This document shows positions 9,637-18,357 of a stretch of DNA of 64,000 nucleotides, piece by piece (position 1 is the stretch's first letter; each line of letters begins with the position of its first letter). The notes beneath the pieces are model-generated. The model had not been told where the DNA came from, did no database searches, and saw only the letters and a list, made by a program, of their open reading frames with translations. This stretch comes from an uncultured delta proteobacterium (GTDB lineage Bacteria > Desulfobacterota > Binatia > Binatales > Binataceae), in assembly GCA_963808235.1 (NCBI GenBank), contig CAWEEQ010000004.1:1184001-1248000 (forward strand), given 5' to 3'. The position numbers and the translations under genes are program-made.

Positions 9637-10134
9637 ATGGAAGGATTCTCGGTACGTTTATCGCTAGTTGCGGCAGGATTGTTTGCGATCGCGCTGACCC
9701 TGGCGCCGGCAGGATTTGCTATCGCCCAGGACGCGAATGACGCGGACGCGACGGAGCAGACCGAAGCTAAAGTCCCGAATATTTCCGGCTGTTGGCAAGG
9801 CAACGCCTTCAACGACAGCCAGGGCAATACACTCATCACGTTCTTCTTCGGGCAGAAGAAAAACAAACTCAGCAAGAAACAGAGCACCTTCGATCTCGGA
9901 GGTAGCGTGTCTGTGCATGGTCCGATCTCGGGCGCGGTGAAGGCGACTAAATTCAAGTTCAAAGGCCCAGTAGCCGGGACCGGCTTCGATCCACGCACTA
10001 TCAAAGGAATCGGATTCTTCCAGAGCGACAACAGTCTCAGCGGAAACTACCAGTACGCCGGCAAATGCTTCGAGAATCAATTTACGGGCGGCGACTTTTC
10101 CAAGGTGATATTTCTTGGCGCGACTTGCCCATAG
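9637..10134 (+). CDS. secreted hypothetical protein
   Basis: GGAGG/GGAG upstream, Sec-type signal peptide, beta-rich mature part with three cysteines. Confidence 0.7.
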   Translation: MEGFSVRLSLVAAGLFAIALTLAPAGFAIAQDANDADATEQTEAKVPNISGCWQGNAFNDSQGNTLITFFFGQKKNKLSKKQSTFDLGGSVSVHGPISGAVKATKFKFKGPVAGTGFDPRTIKGIGFFQSDNSLSGNYQYAGKCFENQFTGGDFSKVIFLGATCP

Positions 10135-10187
10135 GGTGATGAATTGCGCTCAGTTCGCGGTCAAGGTGGTCCGGGACGGTGGCGACT

Positions 10188-10380
10188 CCGACACCACCTG
10201 ATACTGATCGATCTGCAGAACAAGAACGTGACCGGCCGCAACGCGGCGAAAGCGCTGGACGCCGCGCGCATCGTCTGCAACTTCAACGATCCGCGCAAAC
10301 CGTTCAGCCCGAGCAGGCTCAGACTCGGCACGCCGGCAGTTACGTCACGCGGGATGGGCGACGCGGAGATGCGCCAGATC
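10188..10380 (+). pseudogene. diverged partial duplicate of glyA 3' region
   Basis: 10195-10380 aligns to glyA 9188-9385 (HLILIDLQ...EMRQI) with 18 substitutions in 186 aligned nt and a 12-bp deletion (TVPY), counted by hand. Confidence 0.92.
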
Positions 10381-11074
10381 GCAGCGATTAACCCGGTTCT
10401 CGATAACCTTAAGATCGCTAGTCCGCAAAGAGAAAGTTCTTACAAGACATTGTCTGCGCTGAAAGAGCAATTCCTCGATCAGTTTCCTGGAGGTTTTCAC
10501 GGAAGGGAGTACCAATTCGCGGAGAGAAACTACAAGGTTGAAGCGCACGAACTAGCGAAGAAACTACTTCGTCGCACACATTTCGAAAAGGCACTCGCAT
10601 CGAAGAGGTTCGATGAACTCTTCGAGAATACCAGAAAAGTAATGCAGGCGACGAACTTGGTATTTCCCAATGAGAAGATGAACTTTACTGACGGACTAAG
10701 AAAGCTGCCTTTTCAAGAAGAGTTCTGTACAACTCTTTACGATCTGCTTTTCGACGAGGGCGATCTGAAACGACGATTCCTGTCCTTCTGTAGAGTCCTC
10801 GATGAGATTGGATCAGCGAAATGGACAGTTGCCACTTATTTTCCGTTTATCATGTACCCCGGCGAACATATGTTTATCAAGCCAATCGTTACTTCGAGAG
10901 CCGCAGAGGTCTGTGCATTCGAATTGAACTACAAACCGCAGCTGAATTGGCTGACATACGAGAAACTCCTATTATTTTCGCAATATCTCAGGAAAGAACT
11001 CTCAGATCTGAAACCTCGCGATATGATTGATGTTTCAATCATTCATATGGTGCACGGGCGAAGGGCAGGCGTGA
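10381..11074 (+). pseudogene. 5'-truncated, frameshifted low-GC gene remnant
   Basis: Abrupt GC drop and AT-rich codons. Reads NPVLDNLKI...FPGGF...ERNYK...AKWTVATYFPF...PRDMIDV; removing one T at 11033-11035 restores QSFIWCTGEGQA*. No native start codon. Confidence 0.7.
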
Positions 11075-11152
11075 ACATTTGCGCTAATGCAAAGCGGAGC
11101 GAGAGGAACCGTCGCCCCGACCCCATAAGGGCGCGGCTCAGCGCTCCAGCAT

Positions 11153-11209
11153 CCTAAACCCTCTCCGATCGGGAGAGGGCGGCGCGCCTCCGCGCGCCGG
11201 GCGCGGGCG
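11153..11209. repeat. REP-like palindromic repeat
   Basis: CCTAAA-CCCTCTCC-gatcg-GGAGAGGG then a second hairpin GGCGCGC-ctcc-GCGCGCC. Confidence 0.6.
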
Positions 11210-11667
11210 CCCGCATACCCCGACCTGCAAGCCGTCCCAGCTCGCGACAGCACCCCTTTCCTTCATTCTCTGATACTGCCCCGAATGAAAGATGTATTTC
11301 CTATTCCAGCCAGCATCAGCCGCAAATCGGCGATTTGTGGAATTCTGTCTCCGTGAGTATCCCAATGAGTCATCGGAAAACATCTGACAATCACCACATC
11401 ACATTCCGGCAAGGTGAAGTGGATCGTCACGACCGCGCAATTCCTGAACCGAAGAATCCTCGACGAGCGTCAGAATCCCCAGTAAACACGGAGCTTGGCT
11501 GCACTTCTGCATTTTCCCGCATCGTGAAAATCTTCATCGGCGATCGCAGCAAGGCAACTAACGGCAGGGTGAAAAGATCATCCGTCTTTTTGCTTTTCCT
11601 TCGTGTTTGTCGGCCCAACTAGTGATGCGCCTTGACATCGCGGGCGCAGCGACGGGATAAAATCCTC

Positions 11668-12753
11668 ATGGCGCAAATTAAAATTGAACGCGGCCTTCAC
11701 CTCGGAATTCCTTACACGCCCGATATGCAGACGGGCGAAAAACGGCCCGAGCCCACCTGGAGCGGGATTCGCGACCAGGTGCGCGATGCGGAGGCGCTCG
11801 GCTACGACACCTTGATCGCGGTCGAAACGCAGCACGACCCATACCTCGAGTTGGCGATTGCCGCACAGGAGCCTGCGAAGATCGAGCTCGCGACTGGAAT
11901 CGCGCTCGCATTCACCAAGAGTCCGGTTGCAACCGCGTATACTGCGTGGGATTTGCAGCGGATGAGTGGCGGACGATTGAATCTTGGACTCGGTTCGCAA
12001 GTAAAGGGTCACGTGATGCGCCGATTCGGGATGCCGTGGTCGAAGCCGGCGCAGCGGATGAAAGACTACGTGGGTGCGATGCGCGCATGCTGGAAGACGT
12101 GGCAGACCGGCGCGCCGCTGGATTTTCGCAGTGAGCACTACAATCTGTCGCTGATGACGCCCAACTTTGCGCCGCCACCGATCACGTCGAATCCGCAAAT
12201 CCCGGTGCTGATCGCGGCGGTGCAGGCGCTGATGCTTCAAGTCGCAGGCGAAGTGTGCGACGGCGTACGACTGCACGGAATCGTGACGCGAAAATATCTC
12301 GATCAGGTAGCATTTCCCAATCTGAAGAAGGGCTTCGAGAAATCAGGCCGGCCGGCCGCCGAATGGGGCAGCTTCCAGATTGGCGGCGGCGGGTTTCTGT
12401 GCGCCGCGAAGGACAAGGATTCGCTCGCGCGCGCAGTCAGCGCAATGAAATCGACAATCGCTTTTTACGGATCGACCCGCTCATACCGCTCCAGCTTCGA
12501 GATCGACGGATGGGGCGATACGGCCGATCAGTTACACAAGCTGTCGGTGCAGCAGAAGTGGCCGGAGATGGCGAAACTGGTGACCGACGAGATGGTGCAC
12601 GCGTTCGCGGCAACGGGAACCTACGACGAGATTGCGCGAGTGATCAAGAAACGGTTTGCGGGCGTCAACCGGCTCTCGTTCGACATGCCGATCAAGAACG
12701 ATCACGATCGCGGAGTGCTGAAGGAGATCATCCAGGACCTGCGCCGGCCCTGA
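11668..12753 (+). CDS. LLM-class F420-dependent oxidoreductase (MSMEG_2256/TIGR03617-like)
   Basis: ETQHDP, TGIALAFTKSP...AWDLQRMSGGRLNLGLGSQVKGH, FYGSTRSY motifs; cof genes are in the same window. Confidence 0.88.
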   Translation: MAQIKIERGLHLGIPYTPDMQTGEKRPEPTWSGIRDQVRDAEALGYDTLIAVETQHDPYLELAIAAQEPAKIELATGIALAFTKSPVATAYTAWDLQRMSGGRLNLGLGSQVKGHVMRRFGMPWSKPAQRMKDYVGAMRACWKTWQTGAPLDFRSEHYNLSLMTPNFAPPPITSNPQIPVLIAAVQALMLQVAGEVCDGVRLHGIVTRKYLDQVAFPNLKKGFEKSGRPAAEWGSFQIGGGGFLCAAKDKDSLARAVSAMKSTIAFYGSTRSYRSSFEIDGWGDTADQLHKLSVQQKWPEMAKLVTDEMVHAFAATGTYDEIARVIKKRFAGVNRLSFDMPIKNDHDRGVLKEIIQDLRRP

Positions 12754-13461
12754 TCACGCGGCGGGCGGGTTGATGTCGGACCACAGGCGGCGCATCAACT
12801 CGATATGAGTTTCGACCGCCCAAAGAGTCTCGGCGGCGGCACTCTCGGGAATCGCGCGGAAGATCGAACCGGCGCTCGAGTCCCCGTGATCCCTGTCGAC
12901 TTTCACGTGAACGCTGAAGAAGAGTAGCGCGTCGTCGGAGAGTTTGTAATGGCGGCGGAGCCCGTCGATCACGCGCACGTAAGCGTCGGGGTTGAAGAGC
13001 TCGGAGCCGAGGCTGATTCCGGCCAGCGTGACGTACCACGGCCTCGACTCGGCGAGCCAGTACATCCAGTGGACCATCGCGGTCGCGTCGGTGGACATCG
13101 GAGCGTGGAGCAGCTCGTCGCGGGGAATTCCGATCGCCTCGCCGAATTCGAGATAGAGTTCGAGATGGGACCGGCCCGCGCCGGAGACGCGGCCGAGTTC
13201 CTCTTCGATCAAATTTTCCACGATTGCTTTGCGCGCTGGGAAATCGTCGCACTTCGCGTAGATGAGGCCGAGGATATTGGCGTTGTGCGCCTTGTTGCCG
13301 ATGAAGAGCTGAGTCGCCCAGTGGCGGAGCTGTGGCTGGGAAAGCTCGCCGCGCTCAATCTTCTCGATGGTCGGATGCGATCGGAGGGTTCGATTATTGC
13401 GCTCGAGTTTTTCGATCAAAGACTTAAGTTGGCGAGTTCCTTTTTCAACGTCCACGATCAA
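12754..13461 (-). CDS. heme-oxygenase-like diiron oxidase (CADD/PqqC/TenA fold)
   Basis: HP near N-terminus, ENLIEEE...SH, GSE, FFSVHVKVDRDH give the E/H/E/H/D/H ligand pattern of CADD; GGAGG before TTG start. Confidence 0.85.
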   Translation of the reverse strand: MIVDVEKGTRQLKSLIEKLERNNRTLRSHPTIEKIERGELSQPQLRHWATQLFIGNKAHNANILGLIYAKCDDFPARKAIVENLIEEELGRVSGAGRSHLELYLEFGEAIGIPRDELLHAPMSTDATAMVHWMYWLAESRPWYVTLAGISLGSELFNPDAYVRVIDGLRRHYKLSDDALLFFSVHVKVDRDHGDSSAGSIFRAIPESAAAETLWAVETHIELMRRLWSDINPPAA

Positions 13462-15118
13462 TTCCTCCGGTGTTGCTCTCGGCGGTGGAATTGCGTTCGC
13501 GGCTCACTTTCCTGGCTATATCCGCGCGCAATTCCACTTTTCGGACTTTGCCGACGTTGGTGAGCGGCAATTCGCGGACAATTTCGATTCGCTCAGGCCA
13601 TTTGAATTGAGCGACGCCGCGCGCGGCAAGATATTCGCGCATCGAGACGATGTCGAACGCGATGCGATTTCTGAGCGTCAGGTACGCGCATGCTTTCTCA
13701 CCGAGCACATCATCGGGCATCGCGACCACCGCGGCAGCATCGATCGCCGGATGAGCGATCAGGTGGGCTTCGATTTCCTCGGCGCTGATTTTCTCGCCAC
13801 CTCGATTGATCAGATCCTTGATCCTTCCCTCGACGACAAGATTTCCGGAAAGATCAAGCCGCACAACGTCACCGGTTCGATAGTAGCCGGCGAGATCGAA
13901 GGCTTCGCGATTGCGCTCGGGCGCGCGGAAGTAGCCGCGAATCGTGTATGGGCCACGACACCATAGCTCGCCGACCTCACCGGGGGCGGCGTCGCTTCCG
14001 TCGGGCTCGACGATCCGGATTTCGTCGCCGGATGAGACGGGCCGACCTTGCGTTTTGAAGGCCACTTCTTCCGGGTCGTCCAGGCGAGTGTAGCAGAGCA
14101 ACCCTTCTGCCATTCCCAGCACCTGTTGCACCGCAATGTGCGGGAAACTGGCTTTCAAACTGCGCGCCGTGTGCTCCTGGAGCCGTTGTCCGCCTACGGT
14201 GACCACGCGAAGCGACGACGAAAAGTCGGTACCGAAAGACTCCGAACAGCCGAGCAGTCCGAGCGCGACGGTCGGCACGCAGGGCAGATGGGTTACCTGC
14301 TCGCGGCCGATCACCTGCGCTAGATCGGCGGGCTTGGTCGATTGGCAAAGGATCGCACGCGCTCCCGTCAGCATCGCGCCGAGTAATCCGGGGCAGGCTA
14401 GTGGGAAATTGTGTTCGACGGGCAGCGCGATGAGTATGCGCGAATCCGGAGTTAGGCCGGTGACCTTCGCGGATACGCGTGCGTTGTAAAGAAAATCCGC
14501 ATGGGTGCGGGGGATAAGTTTCGGCATCCCGGTGGTGCCGCCCGAAAGGAGGAACAACGCTACGTCGTAAGGATCGTCGTTCGCAGATCCGATGCGACGG
14601 GAGCCGGCGTCGCGATCTTGCAAGCAAACGCATCCGTCGCCTGGCGTCGTCGAGAAGACCGATTTCAACATGGGCAGTTCGGCTACCAGCTCGCGAGCGA
14701 GGGCGGCGTGATCGAAGCCGCGATAGTCGGGAGCGATGGCGATGGCGTTGGCGCCGGCGAAGGAAATGAGGTACTCGAGCTCCGCTTTGCGAAACGCAGG
14801 TAGCGCCATGATCGGAATCGCGCCGATTTCGAGGCAGGCAACTGTCAGCGTCGCGAAATCGATGCAGTTGGGAAGCTGGATGACGATGCGATCGCCGCGA
14901 GCGACGTTTTCGCGATCGAGCAGCGCGGCAATATGCCCGGCTTCATCGAGGAGCTGCGAGTAGGTGAGACTTCGGGTCGAGTCGACCAAGGCGATTGAGT
15001 TGGGTCGTTGGTCAGCCGCGCGGACAATCGCCTGGGGAATCGTTTCGGCGTTCCAGAAGCCCTCGCGTATATATCGCTCGGCGAATTCGGGCGGGAATGG
15101 CGTGCATCCTTCGAGCAT
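13445..15118 (-). CDS. aryl-acid adenylating enzyme (DhbE/EntE/MbtA family), salicylate-type pocket
   Basis: MLEGCTPFPPEFAERY start, LLSGGTTGMPKLIPRTH, HNFPLACPG, GMAEGLL, YRTGD, GRIKDLINRGGEKI, PLTNVGK. Confidence 0.9.
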   Translation of the reverse strand: MLEGCTPFPPEFAERYIREGFWNAETIPQAIVRAADQRPNSIALVDSTRSLTYSQLLDEAGHIAALLDRENVARGDRIVIQLPNCIDFATLTVACLEIGAIPIMALPAFRKAELEYLISFAGANAIAIAPDYRGFDHAALARELVAELPMLKSVFSTTPGDGCVCLQDRDAGSRRIGSANDDPYDVALFLLSGGTTGMPKLIPRTHADFLYNARVSAKVTGLTPDSRILIALPVEHNFPLACPGLLGAMLTGARAILCQSTKPADLAQVIGREQVTHLPCVPTVALGLLGCSESFGTDFSSSLRVVTVGGQRLQEHTARSLKASFPHIAVQQVLGMAEGLLCYTRLDDPEEVAFKTQGRPVSSGDEIRIVEPDGSDAAPGEVGELWCRGPYTIRGYFRAPERNREAFDLAGYYRTGDVVRLDLSGNLVVEGRIKDLINRGGEKISAEEIEAHLIAHPAIDAAAVVAMPDDVLGEKACAYLTLRNRIAFDIVSMREYLAARGVAQFKWPERIEIVRELPLTNVGKVRKVELRADIARKVSRERNSTAESNTGGIDRGR

Positions 15119-15135
15119 CGTCGTGCGTACCGCGA

Positions 15136-15798
15136 CTAGCGGGCAGAGAGCGTCCCGGCGATCATGCGGAAGCATTCGTCCATGATGCGGCCGCGCTGTT
15201 CGTAATCGCGTGCGGGGTCGTACCAGGTGTAGAACCAGTTCATGGCGCCGAAGAGCAGTGAGGTGAGGATGCGCGTTTGCTCGCGATCGAGCGTCTTGTT
15301 GCGATGCGCGGCGCAGGCTTCGAGCAGGCGGCGGCAGATGCGCGAGTACTCACGCTTGAGCCGCGTGATGTCGGCAGCATAACGGCCGGTGAGCGAATCA
15401 GCTTCGCGCACGAGCACTTTCATCTCGGCGAGATTCTGCATGTGGTACTCGAGATGGCTGCGGATGAAGAGGCGGAGGCGCTCTTCGGGTTCTTCGGTCG
15501 CGGACATCCGTTCTTCGGCGAGCGCGACCAATTGTTCGAATGCGCGGCGCGAAATAAGGTACAGAAGCTCCTCCTTATTGCGGAGGTAATAGTAGATGCG
15601 CGGGAATGATATTTTCGCGCGCGCAGCGATGTCGCGAATCGAGGCGAGGCCGAAGCTCTTTTCCGCGAAAACCGCCGCCGCCGAACGCAGGATGTGATCG
15701 ATATTCGCGTCGTAGCGTTCGTCATGGGCAATCGCGCGCGAGGGCGGCTTGATGCTCGCGATCTTTTTTGGCGCCGATTGCGCGTTTACTTTTTTCAC
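15136..15798 (-). CDS. TetR/AcrR-family regulator (KstR2/PaaR-like C-domain)
   Basis: ILRSAAAVFAEKSFGLASIRDIA...IYYYLRNKEELL HTH; GAMNWFYTWYDP C-terminal motif. Confidence 0.92.
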   Translation of the reverse strand: MKKVNAQSAPKKIASIKPPSRAIAHDERYDANIDHILRSAAAVFAEKSFGLASIRDIAARAKISFPRIYYYLRNKEELLYLISRRAFEQLVALAEERMSATEEPEERLRLFIRSHLEYHMQNLAEMKVLVREADSLTGRYAADITRLKREYSRICRRLLEACAAHRNKTLDREQTRILTSLLFGAMNWFYTWYDPARDYEQRGRIMDECFRMIAGTLSAR

Positions 15799-15835
15799 TG
15801 CGCACCCCTTTGTAGCATGGTCCTGAAAACGTCAA

Positions 15836-16567
15836 TCAACTGAAGCGGCGGCCGGCGGCGGGATCCGGGATGGGAATCTCGAGTTTGGTCAGCAGATTGT
15901 TGACCTCCGCCGTGAACTCATCGCGCATCTGCTCGTTGCTGCGACGCCGAAGTCCCCATCGCACGTAGTCGAATTGGCGCTTGGAGCCGGATTTGCCGAA
16001 CATGTCGAGGCCGGCCGGGTACCACTTTGCGAGATGCTTTATAAAGAGCTCGCGTCCGCGACCGCCTTCGCGATTCAGGTAACGGCGGATCAATCTGTAT
16101 CCGAATGCGGCGTGACCGAGTTCCTCTTTATGCACGCGCTCCGCGATTCGTGCGAGCGGTTCGTAACTGCACCCCACCCACTCGAAGCCCATGTAGGCGC
16201 CCTGGCGATCGGCGAAGAAGCTGAAAAGGCCGTATTCAAGCCAGTCCTCGGCCTGATCGCGCATTTCGAAAATGTAGATCGGCATCGGCGACGCCATGAA
16301 CTCCGCGTCGACTTTTACGGCGAGGTCTTCGAGCAGCTTCATCCAATAGCTCGCGTGACGAACCTCATCGGACCAGAATGCGGCGTACTCGGCCTTGTCT
16401 TCCGCCGTAGGAGCCAGCGCGAGTGGCTTCAGGAGCGTGCGCTCAGGCGCGAGCATATATTCTGATTCGATGCGCGATTGAATCGAGAGCATCCGGATCA
16501 GCAAATCTTTGTAGTCGGCGGGAAGGCTGTCGGGCCCTGAGAAGCGGATTTCCGTTGCGTCGCTCAT
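15836..16567 (-). CDS. PaaA/BoxB-like ferritin-fold diiron oxygenase subunit
   Basis: DEVRH and EELGH ExxH pairs, FFADRQG, CSYEPLARIA, KWYPAGLDMFG, WGLRRRSNEQMR, as in aryl-CoA epoxidase catalytic subunits. Confidence 0.87.
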   Translation of the reverse strand: MSDATEIRFSGPDSLPADYKDLLIRMLSIQSRIESEYMLAPERTLLKPLALAPTAEDKAEYAAFWSDEVRHASYWMKLLEDLAVKVDAEFMASPMPIYIFEMRDQAEDWLEYGLFSFFADRQGAYMGFEWVGCSYEPLARIAERVHKEELGHAAFGYRLIRRYLNREGGRGRELFIKHLAKWYPAGLDMFGKSGSKRQFDYVRWGLRRRSNEQMRDEFTAEVNNLLTKLEIPIPDPAAGRRFS

Positions 16568-16640
16568 CGACTATTGTGCCCCTCGCGAAATATTGTGGAC
16601 TCACGAAGACGGCTCCACAAGCCGCGCAGTTCTGCTGTTC

Positions 16641-16673
16641 TGAACGATAGTTCACACCCCAATTGCCGGTCAA
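16641..16673 (-). promoter_or_regulatory. sigma70-like promoter with overlapping palindromic operator (probably TetR)
   Basis: Minus strand TTGACC-18 nt-TATCGT; palindrome TGAAC-gata-GTTCA (16641-16654) covers the -10. Confidence 0.55.
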
Positions 16674-16699
16674 TCCACGAAATTCAAGCTGGTACTTCG

Positions 16700-17458
16700 T
16701 CATCCCGACATGGTCAGGCCGCCGCTAACGCTCAGCACCTGACCGGTGACGAAGTCAGAATCGGAGGAAGCAAAGAATGCAACCGCGCCGACGAGGTCCG
16801 CAGGCTGCCCGAGGCGGCGAAATGGAATGCCGCGCGCCATCGATTCGAGGACTTTTTCGCGTCCCGCCATCGCAGTTTTGAGCAGCGCAGTTTCCGTCGG
16901 CCCCGGGCATACCACGTTGACGTTGATATGGCTGGCGGCCAGTTCGCGCGCCAGCGTTTTGGAGAAACCGATTATGGCGGCTTTGCATCCCGCGTAGACT
17001 GCTTCGCCGGTCGATCCGACGCGGGCCGCGTCGGAGGAGATCGAGACGATCTTGCCGCTGCCGCGCGATTGCATCCGCGGCGCGATCGCCTTGCAGCAGT
17101 TGAGGACGCCGCGAAAGTTGATCGCGATCAGCTGGTCCCAGAGCTCGGGGCCGGTTTCGAGGAACGGCTGGAGGACGTCCCATCCGGCATTGTTGATCAG
17201 GATGTCGATAGGGCCGAGTTCGCGTTCGACGCGATCGGAGGCAGCGAGCGCATCGTCGAGTTTTGTAACGTCGAGCCGGAGCGCGATCGCCACAGCGCCG
17301 GTGGAACGAATCCCGGCGGCGGCTTGCTCGGCTGAATCGAGCTGAATATCGGCGAGCGCGACTTTTGCGCCTTCGGAAGCGAGCCGCGACGCGATCGCTT
17401 GCCCAATCCCTTGTGCCGCGCCAGTTACGATTGCGACTTTGCCGTTAAGTCTGGTCAT
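16700..17458 (-). CDS. SDR oxidoreductase, BadH-like (2-hydroxycyclohexanecarboxyl-CoA dehydrogenase type)
   Basis: TGAAQGIG, NNAGWD, SDAARVGSTGEAVYAGCK, CPGPTET, GQVLSVSGGLTM. Confidence 0.88.
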   Translation of the reverse strand: MTRLNGKVAIVTGAAQGIGQAIASRLASEGAKVALADIQLDSAEQAAAGIRSTGAVAIALRLDVTKLDDALAASDRVERELGPIDILINNAGWDVLQPFLETGPELWDQLIAINFRGVLNCCKAIAPRMQSRGSGKIVSISSDAARVGSTGEAVYAGCKAAIIGFSKTLARELAASHINVNVVCPGPTETALLKTAMAGREKVLESMARGIPFRRLGQPADLVGAVAFFASSDSDFVTGQVLSVSGGLTMSG

Positions 17459-17480
17459 GCGAGATGCCTAACTGGCGAAC

Positions 17481-18236
17481 TTAACTCGCAATCCATCCGC
17501 CGTCGATGATGAAGGGTGCGCCGGTGGCGAACGGCGCTGCGTCACTCGCGAGGAACAACGCGGTCTGCGCAATTTCGTCGGCCGAGCCGACGCGGCCGAG
17601 GACGGAGCTGCGCTGGATAAACTTTGGTTGCATCCCGTCGGGGCCGGTGATTCGATCGACCATCGGGGTGTGGATGACGCCTGGGCAGATGCAGTTGACG
17701 CGTATGTTGTAGCGGCCGTACTCGAGCGCTGCGACGCGAGTGAGTGCGATGACCCCCGCCTTGGCCGCGCAATACGCGGCGGCGCCCTTGAGTCCCACGA
17801 TTCCCGCGACCGACGCAGTGTTGATGACCGCGCCACCGCCGCGCTCGACGATTTTCGGGAGCCCATACTTCATTCCGAGCCATACGCCGCGAAGGTTGAT
17901 CGCGATCACGCGGTCGAAAGCCTCTTCGCTAAGTTGCGCGATGAAACCGGACTCACCTTCGATTCCCGCGTTATTGTAGAGCACGTCGAGACCGCCGAAT
18001 GCGCGCGCCGTCTGCTCGACCATCGCACGCGCGTCCTCGGAGTCCGACACGTCGGCGCGAAGCGAAATCGCCTCGCCACCGGCGGCTTTGATCATCTGTG
18101 CGGTTTCGGCCGCCGACGCTTCGCCGACATCGACGGCGGACACCTTAGCGCCCTCGCGCGCGAACAGGAGCGAGGCAGCGCGGCCCATTCCAGAGCCCGC
18201 GCCGGTAATCAATGCGACCTTTCCTTGAAGTCTCAT
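17481..18236 (-). CDS. SDR-family oxidoreductase
   Basis: TGAGSGMG, YNNAG, YCAAK; GGAGAG RBS before ATG 18236. Confidence 0.9.
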   Translation of the reverse strand: MRLQGKVALITGAGSGMGRAASLLFAREGAKVSAVDVGEASAAETAQMIKAAGGEAISLRADVSDSEDARAMVEQTARAFGGLDVLYNNAGIEGESGFIAQLSEEAFDRVIAINLRGVWLGMKYGLPKIVERGGGAVINTASVAGIVGLKGAAAYCAAKAGVIALTRVAALEYGRYNIRVNCICPGVIHTPMVDRITGPDGMQPKFIQRSSVLGRVGSADEIAQTALFLASDAAPFATGAPFIIDGGWIAS

Positions 18237-18357
18237 GCGCTTTCTCTCCAAAACAGGTTCAGAATCCGAGCGGGTTCATCCGGCGCGAAGAGTAGCGCAC
18301 TTCAAGCATTTACGGTTAGCGTCATATTTCGATAGCGCCGAGAGAGGAGGAAAACCA

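Noticed and set aside
10144-11157. 337-aa ORF as a real GlyA-fusion protein
   Set aside because: It is a chimera of a decayed glyA fragment, a 5'-truncated foreign gene and frameshift read-through; the TTG start has no clear RBS.
11220-11630. Small ORFs in the lower-GC spacer before the LLM gene
   Set aside because: Several short overlapping frames without RBS or motifs; probably decayed sequence.
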